The notes beneath the pieces are model-generated. The model saw only the letters and a program-made list of their open reading frames with translations. It did no database searches and was not told the DNA's origin. Below, piece after piece: positions 7,975-18,009 of a stretch of 64,000 nt of DNA. The stretch is from positions 470 to 64,469 of IMG/VR virus record IMGVR_UViG_3300020204_000065. One strand, written 5' to 3'. Origin of the DNA: a virus (Duplodnaviria > Caudoviricetes). Within the stretch, counting starts at the first letter, position 1. Each line of letters begins with the position of its first letter. A program made the position numbers and the translations under genes.

Positions 7975-8501
7975 AAATAGATCGGCCGCGCACTACACCG
8001 GGTGATTACATTAAATTTGGCGGCAACAAAGATAAAAAACTAAACTTCAAAGATCAATACGATCTCAAGGCTGCAGTACAAGAAACGCCTTGGATCACAT
8101 CGCGTTTTGGTCCTCAAGATTTAACCAAACGTGTTGCTAACAGGCGGTTAAATCTCAACGAGCTTAACTTTGTTCCAGAAGGCGAGCTTCAGAATGGATA
8201 TGAGATGTTCCCTGGACGGGGACGTTTCAATATGGAAACGGACTATGACTTCACCATTGGTCGTCCATCCACTCCAAATTATCCAGAGCAGCAGCCTGAC
8301 TTTGACCCGGAGTGGAATAATTCCTATAGCTTAAGTCCAGTCATACCCCCTGGTGAAAAGATTAAAAATCCTTTTCCACGTCAAGATAACATTGATCCCA
8401 ATGGCTACCTTTCTGCGATGTTGGCAGAAGGAATCAATACGGATATCCCCAAATTGCCTGATCTCATCAATGAGAACCCTCAGGCCTCGGTATCAATTTA
8501 A
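7971..8501 (+). CDS. hypothetical protein
   Basis: 176 aa, overlaps upstream stop by 4 nt. Confidence 0.65.
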   Translation: MKIDRPRTTPGDYIKFGGNKDKKLNFKDQYDLKAAVQETPWITSRFGPQDLTKRVANRRLNLNELNFVPEGELQNGYEMFPGRGRFNMETDYDFTIGRPSTPNYPEQQPDFDPEWNNSYSLSPVIPPGEKIKNPFPRQDNIDPNGYLSAMLAEGINTDIPKLPDLINENPQASVSI

Positions 8502-8539
8502 GCTAATCAATTTAAAATAAAAGAATATCGGTAAACAAT

Positions 8540-9118
8540 ATGAACCCCTTTTCACGCCTGCTTAGTTACGCCGCAAAGAATAAAGATGTTGTTGGTAGCG
8601 TCGCAGCAGGTAGTGCGTTGTCTGCAGGCTTTGGTTTGATGGCGGGGGGTCCAGGGGCAGCTCTTGCCTACGGTCTTGGCGACTTGGTAACTGCACTTCC
8701 TCTAACCTTAGGCGCACGTAAACTTAGGCCGCCGAAGTCAACGGGGCGTCGTATTGAAGTTGCTCCTGGAAAGTTTGAAGCAGAGATTGTTCCTTCCAGG
8801 CTTGAATCTGCTGCCAATATTGGAGGATCGTTAATTTCTCCTTTTTTAACGGAGTCGTTGGTCGGTGGCTTGATGACGCAGCCCCAACCAACACCCACGC
8901 AGATCTCGCAAGAACAACAAATCATGCAGCAGATGATGCAACGTCAAGGCATCAATGATCTGCAGGTACCACAGGCTGTAGCCCCTGGCACGCAATTCCA
9001 AGCTCAGGGCATTGAGCAGACATTTCTTAATGACTACCGCCAGCAAGTCACCAAGATGCTTCCAAACTTACCTCCTGGTTACATTGACCAGTTGGTTATG
9101 GCTGGAGGAGCAGGCTGA
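8540..9118 (+). CDS. putative virion protein, Gly/Ala hydrophobic and Gln-rich
   Basis: 192-aa ORF. Confidence 0.65.
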   Translation: MNPFSRLLSYAAKNKDVVGSVAAGSALSAGFGLMAGGPGAALAYGLGDLVTALPLTLGARKLRPPKSTGRRIEVAPGKFEAEIVPSRLESAANIGGSLISPFLTESLVGGLMTQPQPTPTQISQEQQIMQQMMQRQGINDLQVPQAVAPGTQFQAQGIEQTFLNDYRQQVTKMLPNLPPGYIDQLVMAGGAG

Positions 9119-10068
9119 TGAATCCTCTTCAGTTCCTAAAAGAATTCATAGGTGAATACGTCAGCGGTATTAAAACTGCTGATCGTGTTCAACGTGAAAT
9201 GATTAAAGCCAGGGATGAAATCCTTAGTCAAGGAAACCTTGGTTATGGTCAAAGCGTTTTAGATCCACGCTTTAAAAAAGACATCAAAAAACAAGGCGTG
9301 AGTGTTAGACAAACGCCAGCTCAAGCCGCTGGCGCTTATACGTCTCGTGCCTTGGTGGACGCTGCAAACGATGGTACGCGAACTTATTGGTGGCGCTGGA
9401 ACCATCCACTGGCTATCGCCCAGCGTCTTGTAGAAACAGGTCTTGGCAAGATTGAAAGCCCAACTGCCAAGGCAGTCGCCGGTCTTGCAATTTCGGTACC
9501 AGCGATTGCAGCAGCTGGTACATATGACATTACCAATCCAGAAGAACAATTCCGCCCAGAGGGCTACGCTCAGTCTTATTCGCCAAAGGGTGCAGAGGAT
9601 CGCCGTAAGACAGGCCAACCTGTTCAAGAATTATTTGAACGTTTCTTCTTGGGACGTACAGGTGATCCGCTGAAATATGCCACTGCTAAAGAAGAAATTC
9701 CAAGCTTGACGCCAGAGCGTTACGGTAATTATCTCAACTACCTTTACCAGGACAAAGGACTTCTTGGTCTTGGTGTTGTCAAGGGAACCATGGAGAATCT
9801 CCAAGGGTATCCAGAAGCTCGTATGTTGGGCTTCCCAATCAATCTACCCATGGCAGGTGGTTTTGCTGCTGGTACAGCAGGTGCAAAGATTGCGTCTTCT
9901 ATGCCAGGTACTGCACGTCAACGTGCCATTCGTGGAATCATTGGTGGCGCAGCTGGGTCATTGCTGGGTGTAACCGGTGGTAATGTTGCAAATGAAATCA
10001 TTGCTTCTGGTAATCGACCAAAACTACCAACAGTTGCAGAATACGAAATGACTACTGATAAAATTTAA
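9118..10068 (+). CDS. putative virion protein with C-terminal glycine-zipper-like helices
   Basis: 316 aa, TGATG coupling. Confidence 0.65.
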   Translation: MNPLQFLKEFIGEYVSGIKTADRVQREMIKARDEILSQGNLGYGQSVLDPRFKKDIKKQGVSVRQTPAQAAGAYTSRALVDAANDGTRTYWWRWNHPLAIAQRLVETGLGKIESPTAKAVAGLAISVPAIAAAGTYDITNPEEQFRPEGYAQSYSPKGAEDRRKTGQPVQELFERFFLGRTGDPLKYATAKEEIPSLTPERYGNYLNYLYQDKGLLGLGVVKGTMENLQGYPEARMLGFPINLPMAGGFAAGTAGAKIASSMPGTARQRAIRGIIGGAAGSLLGVTGGNVANEIIASGNRPKLPTVAEYEMTTDKI

Positions 10069-10103
10069 GATATAAGAAATATAAGCAATCGGCGGTCGAT
10101 CCA

Positions 10104-10955
10104 ATGTTAGTTGATCAGTACGGCAGGCCTTTAGATATTCCAACGGCAACAATGCCACAACCTCAGAGTCGTCGTGCACAAGCGCAACAATTCCTTGAGG
10201 ATCAAGCTGCACGCCTGCAAGTTGGTCTTGGGCCTGCCTTTGAATACATTAAGAAGAAACCAGTACGTGCCGGGCTTCGCGGTGGTTTAGCCGGTGGCGC
10301 ACTGATGGCAATTCCTTCCTTGATGGAAGGCCGTCCTGCTGAAGCAGTTGGTGGTGTTGCCGGTTCTGCCGCTGGCGCAGCAGCTGGTGCAGCCCTTGGC
10401 TCTGTTGTCCCAGGTGTTGGCACTGTTATTGGCGGTCTCGCTGGTTCTGTTCTTGGCGGGATGCTTGGTGGCACCGCAGCAGAAGCAGTAGTTTCTGCGT
10501 ACACAGGTAAACCTCCCACTGGCAAGACCGGTACTGAAACTGCCCAGCCTCCTCGTTACATTGAAACTCCCCTGGGCCGCATTAACTTAAATGATGCCGC
10601 TGCCCAAGAAGATTTCATGAACCGTAATCAAAAGCGTCAGCTTGAGTATTACGGCACCATGATGGGTATGACTACGTCGAATCTGAAAGATCTGACGCAG
10701 TTCCAGAATGATCAGGAAGTGACCATGGCAAAAGCCATGCTTCCTATTACAACCAAACTTGCCAACGATCAGCTGACTCGCTCCCAGGCACTGATCAATA
10801 CCCAGAACAACGCTTATATCCAACAGATGATGGTTGGTGCACAAGCCAACCTTGCTCTTGGTGCACAACGTGAGCGTGGTGCAACGATGCGTCAAGCACT
10901 TGCTAGCAATCCTTATGTGGTTGCCCTCAGTGCTCCAAATATTTCGATTAGCTGA
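10104..10955 (+). CDS. glycine-zipper protein, putative ejection/pilot protein
   Basis: GAAAGAALGSVVPGVGTVIGGLAGSVLGGMLGG then Q/M-rich helical tail. Confidence 0.65.
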   Translation: MLVDQYGRPLDIPTATMPQPQSRRAQAQQFLEDQAARLQVGLGPAFEYIKKKPVRAGLRGGLAGGALMAIPSLMEGRPAEAVGGVAGSAAGAAAGAALGSVVPGVGTVIGGLAGSVLGGMLGGTAAEAVVSAYTGKPPTGKTGTETAQPPRYIETPLGRINLNDAAAQEDFMNRNQKRQLEYYGTMMGMTTSNLKDLTQFQNDQEVTMAKAMLPITTKLANDQLTRSQALINTQNNAYIQQMMVGAQANLALGAQRERGATMRQALASNPYVVALSAPNISIS

Positions 10956-10966
10956 GGCTTAGCTCA

Positions 10967-11422
10967 ATGGCAGAAAATTCTTCGTTTGGAGCTTTTTCCC
11001 TAGCAGGTGCTGGCATGGGTAATCCCATGACACCACAAGCGGGTGCTTATGAACCCTGGGAGCAAGAACTTCTAAATAAGATGAGCCCAGATATTGCTGG
11101 CGCTCTACTTTTAAACCGTAAGCGTGAAGACGTTTATAACGATCCCGCACGTTTCGGTGAGCTTCTCAAAGTGATGAAGGAGTTTCGCGCAGAAGAAGCT
11201 GCTGCTGCTGCCAAAATTCAAGCTGAACGTGACAAGCGTGCTTTCCAGTACAACTTAATGGCAAGCATCCCTCAAACCATTAGTCAGATCGGAAGTAATC
11301 TGGCGCAGATGCGTTACAACGCACCACGCCTTCAAATCCTGGCAGGCATCCCAGATCAAATGCGTGCTGCCTACGGTTCGATGCCAGCCATTGATATTCC
11401 TCGTGGCCGAACCTTTAGCTAA
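10967..11422 (+). CDS. hypothetical virion protein
   Basis: 151-aa ORF. Confidence 0.65.
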   Translation: MAENSSFGAFSLAGAGMGNPMTPQAGAYEPWEQELLNKMSPDIAGALLLNRKREDVYNDPARFGELLKVMKEFRAEEAAAAAKIQAERDKRAFQYNLMASIPQTISQIGSNLAQMRYNAPRLQILAGIPDQMRAAYGSMPAIDIPRGRTFS

Positions 11423-11442
11423 CACTGGCATATAATTAAGTC

Positions 11443-11964
11443 ATGGCTTTATCCGATGGCTGGCAGCAATACGCTACCTATGCGCCAATTGCGCCTATCA
11501 ATCAAGCTTTTCCAACTGCTTCTTCGGCGACATCAACAACAACAACAACTTCAGCTAAACCTACCAGTATGGATCCCTTTTCAATTGGCTTAGGTGTTGC
11601 AAATATCGGAGCATCTATCTTTGGTGCTTCTGCACAACAAAGAGCTGCAGAAGAACAAGCTCAAGCAGTAGAAGAAGCTTCCAAACGTGCGGCGGCTGCC
11701 ACCAAGCAAGCAGCGGAAATTGGCGCTGTTGCCCAATTGCGGGGCAAGCAAGCGGGTTTTGGTTACGACTACCTCACCTCTCGGTACGAAGGGGGTGCAG
11801 GCGGTGCTCTCGCCCGTTTAAACGAAGCACGAGATCTTGTCCAGAAAGCAAATATTCAAGCTAATAATCCAGCCTTTAATACGCTGCGCTCGGTTGAGCG
11901 TTACGAAGATCGCCTCCGTGGCGCAATGCCTGGCTTTATGCCACCTTATGCTTTGTTTACGTGA
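11443..11964 (+). CDS. putative internal virion (ejection-type) protein
   Basis: MDPFSIGLGVANIGASIFG followed by Ala/Gln coiled coil. Confidence 0.6.
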   Translation: MALSDGWQQYATYAPIAPINQAFPTASSATSTTTTTSAKPTSMDPFSIGLGVANIGASIFGASAQQRAAEEQAQAVEEASKRAAAATKQAAEIGAVAQLRGKQAGFGYDYLTSRYEGGAGGALARLNEARDLVQKANIQANNPAFNTLRSVERYEDRLRGAMPGFMPPYALFT

Positions 11965-11994
11965 TCTAAAATAAAGACAATTCAATAAAGTGTT

Positions 11995-12732
11995 ATGGCA
12001 GGCAATAGCCCTTTTGAGTATTTAACCAAGCGTACTTCTGGAGATACGGAAGACGTATCTGATCGTCTTGGTGCAATTGAAGAAAAACTAGGCATTGCCC
12101 CAGTTACGGCACTTGGAAGTTTCTTTGGTGGTGACCAACCAAAACCTACGGAAAAGAAAAAGGGTTCTGGCTTTAAAGCAGCGATTCGTGACGTTAAAAA
12201 GATCGGCGCTATTCCTGTTAAAGCAATTGAAAAATCCGAAGAGGCAACTAAAAAATCTGCTGCTGATTATGCTCAGTTTCTTGCGGGGCAGGTGTCTCGT
12301 GGCGAACGTAGCCCGATTGAAGCATCTGACGAGTTTGCCAACTTTGGGTTGGCTTATAGGATTCCAGATGCATTTAAAATTGCTGAACAGCTTGGAAGCT
12401 TAAAAGCAGGTTTAGCGCCAGAAGGTACTGTAGAAAAATATCGTCCGTTCCAGGAATTTGCAGCGCGTTCGCTTGGTATTGGTTTAACGGAAGAAGACAT
12501 CAAGTCTACAGAAGCCGCCGCTCGTGCACTTGGTAAAACGTCGCCTGAGGCATTTTCTCAATTCTTGGGACAAAAGATGCTTTCGTCTCCGGAATACGTT
12601 CGCAAAAACCCTCTCGCCTTTGCTGCTAATCTTCCTGGCGGTGGCAAATACGGCGTTGGTTATCAAACTCCCGATGGCACTTTTACAGGTACTTATCGCT
12701 TCAAACCAGGCTCAACTGTAAATTACAATTGA
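11995..12732 (+). CDS. hypothetical virion protein
   Basis: 245-aa ORF. Confidence 0.65.
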   Translation: MAGNSPFEYLTKRTSGDTEDVSDRLGAIEEKLGIAPVTALGSFFGGDQPKPTEKKKGSGFKAAIRDVKKIGAIPVKAIEKSEEATKKSAADYAQFLAGQVSRGERSPIEASDEFANFGLAYRIPDAFKIAEQLGSLKAGLAPEGTVEKYRPFQEFAARSLGIGLTEEDIKSTEAAARALGKTSPEAFSQFLGQKMLSSPEYVRKNPLAFAANLPGGGKYGVGYQTPDGTFTGTYRFKPGSTVNYN

Positions 12733-12771
12733 TTTTACCTTTTATACTGATAAATAACGGATAGATAGTAA

Positions 12772-13515
12772 ATGGCTGACGCTCTTGAGTCTTTAATTGA
12801 ACAGGCCCGCCTTAGAGGCGTTCAGTTGTCTGGTGCCCCTAAAAAAGAATTAACCAAATCTATCCAGCAAGCAGGTAAAAAAGGACAAGGTAAAACCATT
12901 ACAGCAGCCGAAGTTCGTGGCGGCAAAAAAGTTTATGAAAAAGCTGGTGGCACTGATTATCTTTCAACTATTGGTCGTACATATGCCGCTAATCAATTAG
13001 CAAAAGATCTTCGCAAGAAGTTTGAAAAGAAAGGGTATACTCAACAAGACGGGTATTACACCAAAGCCGGTAACATCACGGAAGATGTGTTGAAGAAGGC
13101 AACCGACGCCGGTTTTGCAAACAAAGATATTCGCTCTTATCTTGCTGGTAAATTTGCTTACGATGAATTAGATGATCAAGTATCTAAATTTATGGGTCAG
13201 GGCAATTATGAGTTAGATCGTGCTACCGGCCGTTGGTCTGAAAAACCAGAAATCACAGTGACAGGTAGTGGCACTACTCCTGCACCAACCACAGTTCCCT
13301 CTGGAACTGTTAGTGGCATTTATGCTGGCATCAACCCAGACAAAGCCCCTGGTTCTACGATTGCTGAGATGGAATACATGACTCTGATTGATCCTTATAA
13401 AATCCAAGCCAAGTCTGCAGAGCGCCGTGCTCGTATGGAGCAAGCAACGGATCTTACAAAGTCACGGATGCAACAGGCTAATTACTTGTACAACTTGATT
13501 CCTTCTGCTTTCTAA
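12772..13515 (+). CDS. hypothetical virion protein
   Basis: 247-aa ORF. Confidence 0.65.
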   Translation: MADALESLIEQARLRGVQLSGAPKKELTKSIQQAGKKGQGKTITAAEVRGGKKVYEKAGGTDYLSTIGRTYAANQLAKDLRKKFEKKGYTQQDGYYTKAGNITEDVLKKATDAGFANKDIRSYLAGKFAYDELDDQVSKFMGQGNYELDRATGRWSEKPEITVTGSGTTPAPTTVPSGTVSGIYAGINPDKAPGSTIAEMEYMTLIDPYKIQAKSAERRARMEQATDLTKSRMQQANYLYNLIPSAF

Positions 13516-13547
13516 GGCTGCTGATATAATTAATTTTAGTTAATACC

Positions 13548-13694
13548 ATGGACTTTAATTCTGCCGCTCCGAAGGAGCCATCTGATGATGCTCCCTTTGA
13601 TCTTCAAGGATTCAAAAATTTACTTGATACTTTGAAACAATCAAAAGAGCAGCGAGAAAATAAAGCAAAACCTGTATACAACCCAGAGGAGTAA
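13548..13694 (+). CDS. 48-aa protein (not in track) resembling the C-terminus of the next gene
   Basis: MDFNSAAPKEPSDDAPFDLQGFKNLLDTLKQSKEQRENKAKPVYNPEE; TATAAT upstream. Confidence 0.6.
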   Translation: MDFNSAAPKEPSDDAPFDLQGFKNLLDTLKQSKEQRENKAKPVYNPEE

Positions 13695-13696
13695 AT

Positions 13697-14566
13697 ATGG
13701 CTAAAGGTGGCGGCGGCAAAGGAAGCGGAGGAAAAAACGCCCCCAGTGGTGGTGCCAGTCCTAAAAGGGGCGGCGGAAATGCTCCTAGTGGTGGTGGCGG
13801 CAGTCCTAAATCCTCGCCAACTTCAGCCATACCAGCTCCTGGTCCCAAGCCACCTGCGGCTCCCACTGGGGGTGGTGGTAGTGCACAGTCCGCTCCTGCC
13901 AAAGCAGTTAATGCTGCCAAAGCGTTTCAATCAACGTCGCGCTCTTCCTCTCCTTCTCAACAAAAAGAAAAGAAGCAAGAACAAAAAGAAAAGAAGCAAG
14001 AACGAGTTAAAGCTTTAACAACTAAAGCCAAAACTTTAATCACGGGTGCTACCAGTGAGGGCATTGCGGATCCCGGTAAATTTAAAGATATTCTTGGAAA
14101 GTTAAAAGATCTTGGTAAAGATAAAAGAGTGCAAAACTTGCAAACACAAAAGAAAACTGCTGTTTCCACTGCAAAAGCGGCAGCTCAAGCCCCTGGAGGA
14201 AATAAATTTAGTCAAGAGGACTTAGATAAAGCAGTTCAAGATGCATTAAGTAAAGCAGGTAATTCAGGAATTACACAAGAAGATTTGGACGCTGCCTTGG
14301 CAAACGTTGGGAAGACAGGCCTTACGCAAGAAGATCTGGATGAAGCGTTATCAAGATACAGCCCTCAAACAAACCCCTTGGATACTGGTGCAGCTGCTGC
14401 AGGTACGAGCGAGTTTGATGACTGGATTAAATCATTTGAATCACAACAAGATGCCGGTGCATTTGATCCAGATCTGTTCAGAGGCCTCCTGGGCGAGTTA
14501 GAATCTTCTAAGCGTCGTCAGAAGGATTGGAATGAGCGTTCAGCAAAAGCGTCTTACAAGTACTAA
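13697..14566 (+). CDS. low-complexity G/K/P-rich protein with three QEDLD repeats
   Basis: 289 aa; GAGGAG upstream. Confidence 0.7.
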   Translation: MAKGGGGKGSGGKNAPSGGASPKRGGGNAPSGGGGSPKSSPTSAIPAPGPKPPAAPTGGGGSAQSAPAKAVNAAKAFQSTSRSSSPSQQKEKKQEQKEKKQERVKALTTKAKTLITGATSEGIADPGKFKDILGKLKDLGKDKRVQNLQTQKKTAVSTAKAAAQAPGGNKFSQEDLDKAVQDALSKAGNSGITQEDLDAALANVGKTGLTQEDLDEALSRYSPQTNPLDTGAAAAGTSEFDDWIKSFESQQDAGAFDPDLFRGLLGELESSKRRQKDWNERSAKASYKY

Positions 14567-15086
14567 GACAGATTCGGCTACCGGCTATTTAGACGTCAGC
14601 GCCTTTGAAGAGTGGTTTCTTGAGCAGCCTGGCGATGCTCAAGAAGCTTTTCATGCTTTTTCTTGTGAAAATTATTCATTCATTGAATGTTTTCTCTATG
14701 CCCGTTTCCTCGGTTATGTAGGCAACATTATCTCGTGTGAGGCTTGGATCAAAGACCAATACCCAAAGCCAGATCACCGGAAAATGCTCCTAATGGAAAT
14801 CGAAGAAATGCGGGAAGATATTCGCAAACTCCGTGAGGACATTGAAAATTGTGCCGTGAAACGGGATGCCGGCGTTGCTCGTATTGCAGCGATGGAAAAA
14901 GAATTGCGCGGCACGATTAATCAAGTTGAACAATACACATCCGTCAAAGACCGCAAAGGTTTACTCATGGCTGGGGCTGATCGCGCCATTCGTGAGTTGA
15001 TGTTTATTTTTAAAGACGATCCAATTGAATCACCTCTTCACGAAGCAAGCATGAGCGTCTGGGCACGCATGCAACTGGAAGAATAA
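14532..15086 (+). CDS. terminase small subunit candidate
   Basis: helical coiled-coil protein just upstream of TerL (position-based inference). Confidence 0.45.
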   Translation: MSVQQKRLTSTKTDSATGYLDVSAFEEWFLEQPGDAQEAFHAFSCENYSFIECFLYARFLGYVGNIISCEAWIKDQYPKPDHRKMLLMEIEEMREDIRKLREDIENCAVKRDAGVARIAAMEKELRGTINQVEQYTSVKDRKGLLMAGADRAIRELMFIFKDDPIESPLHEASMSVWARMQLEE

Positions 15087-15117
15087 ACGGACATTAAAAT
15101 AAAGAAAAACATTTGTT

Positions 15118-15279
15118 ATGGCCAAAGGAAAAATGCCTCCTCAACTTCTTGAGCACTTCAAGAAGAAAGAAGCCAAGAAAGAGGATGGCACTGAGATGAA
15201 TGATAAGGAAAAACGTCGCGCTGCTTTGGATAAAGCACGTAAGTATCAAAACAAAAAGCGCAAAGAACAAGAAGACTGA
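15118..15279 (+). CDS. small basic protein (not in track)
   Basis: 53 aa MAKGKMPPQLLEHFKKKEAKK... Confidence 0.65.
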   Translation: MAKGKMPPQLLEHFKKKEAKKEDGTEMNDKEKRRAALDKARKYQNKKRKEQED

Positions 15280-15311
15280 GTTAGTATTCAATAACTGATT
15301 GAATATTATCT

Positions 15312-16838
15312 GTGCCTTCGTATCTTCATCTGGCTTATCGCAGGAATGCACGCGTTGCTTCCAAAAACTATGCGATTAAGCCACATAAAGATATTGATTC
15401 ACTTAAGAAAGCACGCGAAGATTTTGGTTTCTTTTGTGAATACGTAGCTGATAAACCTCCTGCCCAGCACCACAAAGACTGGCATCGTCACTTTGTGACT
15501 GAAGAAGATAGCAGTTGCCTTCTTCGTATTGCTGGTCCAAACGTGGATCTACTTGCACCACGAGGATCCGCCAAATCCACAGTCCTTGGTTTGCTAACCG
15601 CCTGGGCTATTGGCATCCATACACAAGCTAAACGTCCCCTACAAATTCTGTACCTTTCTTATACGGTTGATATTGCTCGCTCCAAGTCAGCAACAATCAA
15701 ACGAATCATTGAAAGCAAACGATATCAAGAAGTTTTTCCTGAAGTCCGCCTTCTGAAGAACGTTACTAGTAATGAGTACTGGTCTATTGACCATAAGTTT
15801 GCTGGTATTGACGTAACCGGTGATGAACAATTTACGCTCTGCGCCGCAGGTCTAAAAGGCTCGGTGACCTCCAAGCGTTCTCATCTGGTGATGATTGATG
15901 ACGCCATTAAATCAGCTGCGGATATTTCAAACCCTGACATCCGAAAGATGATGCAGGACAACTGGAACGCGGTGATTGCACCCACCATGTTCGAGGGTGG
16001 GCGGGCCATTTGTCTTGGTACGCGCTTCCGTCATGACGATATTCATGCCACGACATTCAACGAACAAAACAATTGGACGCAGATTGTTCTTTCCGCAATT
16101 CAAAATGATCCAAAAACAGGGGATGAAATTTCGTATTGGCCAGAGATGTGGTCATTGGATTATTTAAAGGAAAAGAAAAGGCAGGCGCCAATTGCTTTTT
16201 CATTCCAGTACATGAATCAAATTATCAGGCAGAACGAGCTTTCGCTCGCACCTGAACTGATTGTTAAAGCTGAAATCTCAACTGAATTTGATACGTTGGG
16301 TGTTGGGGTTGATCTGTCTGCTGGCACTAAAGAGAAAAACGATTACACCGTTATGGTTCTTGGTGGTCGTATTGGTGATCGCATTCATATTATTGATTAC
16401 CGTCGATTGCGCGTGATGGGCAACCTTGAAAAATTAGATGCTCTCAAAGAACTCTTGAATGATTGGTCGATTCTCGGCAAGGATGCAAACGATAATTATT
16501 TTCCTACTTATTCCACGTGTGACATTTGGAGTGAAGCGGTCCAGTACCAGGCATCCCTGGAGGCAGACTTCAAACGTGTTTGCTTAAATCAAGAAAGTCT
16601 CTACAACTTAATCTGGCATCCGGTCAAAGGATTCCGTGCCGATAAACTGGCTCGCTTCCGTGGAATTATGGGCATGTTTGAAGATCGCAAGATCATCTTT
16701 AATCGATACCGTAACTTCACCAACATGTTTGAAGAACTTACAAATTTTGGTGTCAGCAGTCACGACGACTGTGTTGACGCACTTGTTTGGTTGGTTACAG
16801 GTTTAGCGCGTAAAGGACAGCTTCAACTTGATTACTAA
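15312..16838 (+). CDS. terL: terminase large subunit
   Basis: Walker A APRGSAKST, Walker B VMIDD, coupling motif GTR, nuclease GVDLS and HDDCVDAL. Confidence 0.95.
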   Translation: MPSYLHLAYRRNARVASKNYAIKPHKDIDSLKKAREDFGFFCEYVADKPPAQHHKDWHRHFVTEEDSSCLLRIAGPNVDLLAPRGSAKSTVLGLLTAWAIGIHTQAKRPLQILYLSYTVDIARSKSATIKRIIESKRYQEVFPEVRLLKNVTSNEYWSIDHKFAGIDVTGDEQFTLCAAGLKGSVTSKRSHLVMIDDAIKSAADISNPDIRKMMQDNWNAVIAPTMFEGGRAICLGTRFRHDDIHATTFNEQNNWTQIVLSAIQNDPKTGDEISYWPEMWSLDYLKEKKRQAPIAFSFQYMNQIIRQNELSLAPELIVKAEISTEFDTLGVGVDLSAGTKEKNDYTVMVLGGRIGDRIHIIDYRRLRVMGNLEKLDALKELLNDWSILGKDANDNYFPTYSTCDIWSEAVQYQASLEADFKRVCLNQESLYNLIWHPVKGFRADKLARFRGIMGMFEDRKIIFNRYRNFTNMFEELTNFGVSSHDDCVDALVWLVTGLARKGQLQLDY

Positions 16839-16868
16839 ACTTAGAATAATAAAAAATACGTTTAGGCT

Positions 16869-17165
16869 GTGGGTCCGGAATACATTGCTATCGGTTTGAC
16901 GGCCGTTGTATCAGCTATTACTGGTGGAAGTTGGGTTGCCGGTAAGATCCTGAGCCGGCAGAATGATCAAATCCAACAAGCTTTCAATTATATTAGCTCT
17001 CAGAAACGCAGGATTGACATCTTGGAAGACGATTTAAAACACATGCCTTTGGAATATGTTTTAAAGGTTGATTTCTTAAGAGAAATTCAACAAATGCACG
17101 ATAACTTTAATCAGATTAACGCTAAGCTTGATAAACTAGTCGAGAAACTGCTTGAAGCAAAATGA
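16869..17165 (+). CDS. membrane-anchored coiled-coil protein
   Basis: N-terminal hydrophobic helix, C-terminal INAKLDKLVEKLL. Confidence 0.65.
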   Translation: MGPEYIAIGLTAVVSAITGGSWVAGKILSRQNDQIQQAFNYISSQKRRIDILEDDLKHMPLEYVLKVDFLREIQQMHDNFNQINAKLDKLVEKLLEAK

Positions 17166-17347
17166 GAAGTTACGTTCTTGAAGTAGAAGAGAACGAGAAC
17201 GGAGAGCAATTTATCACCTTTCCTGAAGAAGTTATCGAAGAGCTTGGATGGCAAGAAGGAGATATTCTCAATTGGGATGTGCGAGGAGAAGGCATCATTC
17301 TTTCCAAGGTCCACGATGCCTCCGGCTACGAAGTTATAGAAGAGTAG
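17162..17347 (+). CDS. AbrB/MazE-like DNA-binding protein
   Basis: ITFPEEVIEELGWQEGDILNWDV. Confidence 0.7.
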   Translation: MRSYVLEVEENENGEQFITFPEEVIEELGWQEGDILNWDVRGEGIILSKVHDASGYEVIEE

Positions 17348-17369
17348 AATATAGAAAATAGGCAAAAAA

Positions 17370-18008
17370 ATGCGTTATTACGGCGGCCAACCTGTTGACC
17401 TGGGAAATGCAGGAGCATTTAGTAACTTAATGGCGGGTAGCCCAAGTTTTGATATTGGTCCACGAAGCCCGTTCAAAGGGATGCCGCAAGAAGAATTAAA
17501 TAAACTGAAAGAATGGGATCAACGTCCGCAAGACTTGCAAAAATATTATGAACGTATTAATGCCCCTGGACCAAAACTTCCATTTGCGCTTGGTCTTGAT
17601 GCAAATCCATTAATTGCTCAAGCTTATCCAGGTGGCCAAGCTCTTGGCAATGCAGCAGCACTTGGTGGTCAAATGGGAGTTGGTCCCCAGAATTACGAAG
17701 CGATGATGCAACAGCTTCAGCAGATGGGGGCACAGGGTGGCGGCCAACCTCCCATTAATTTTGGCGTAGACATTGAAAACGAGAAGGTTAAAAATCTTCG
17801 CGGTAATGTCCGTGCTCAAATTGATAAAAACCAAAGTGTCAACTTTGGTGGTCAATATAATGTTCAGGATCAAAGCGGTCGTTTCGGCCTTGGTTACCAA
17901 ACACCAACTTTTGGTTTTGATGTGAATGTTACGCGCACTCAACCAATGCCTGGCATGCCGGGTCCTGGAGGCTACGGCGCCATGATGAACATGGGAGGAC
18001 GTTTCTGA
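17370..18008 (+). CDS. hypothetical protein with C-terminal amphipathic beta-strands
   Basis: 212 aa ending GYGAMMNMGGRF. Confidence 0.65.
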   Translation: MRYYGGQPVDLGNAGAFSNLMAGSPSFDIGPRSPFKGMPQEELNKLKEWDQRPQDLQKYYERINAPGPKLPFALGLDANPLIAQAYPGGQALGNAAALGGQMGVGPQNYEAMMQQLQQMGAQGGGQPPINFGVDIENEKVKNLRGNVRAQIDKNQSVNFGGQYNVQDQSGRFGLGYQTPTFGFDVNVTRTQPMPGMPGPGGYGAMMNMGGRF

Positions 18009-18009
18009 T

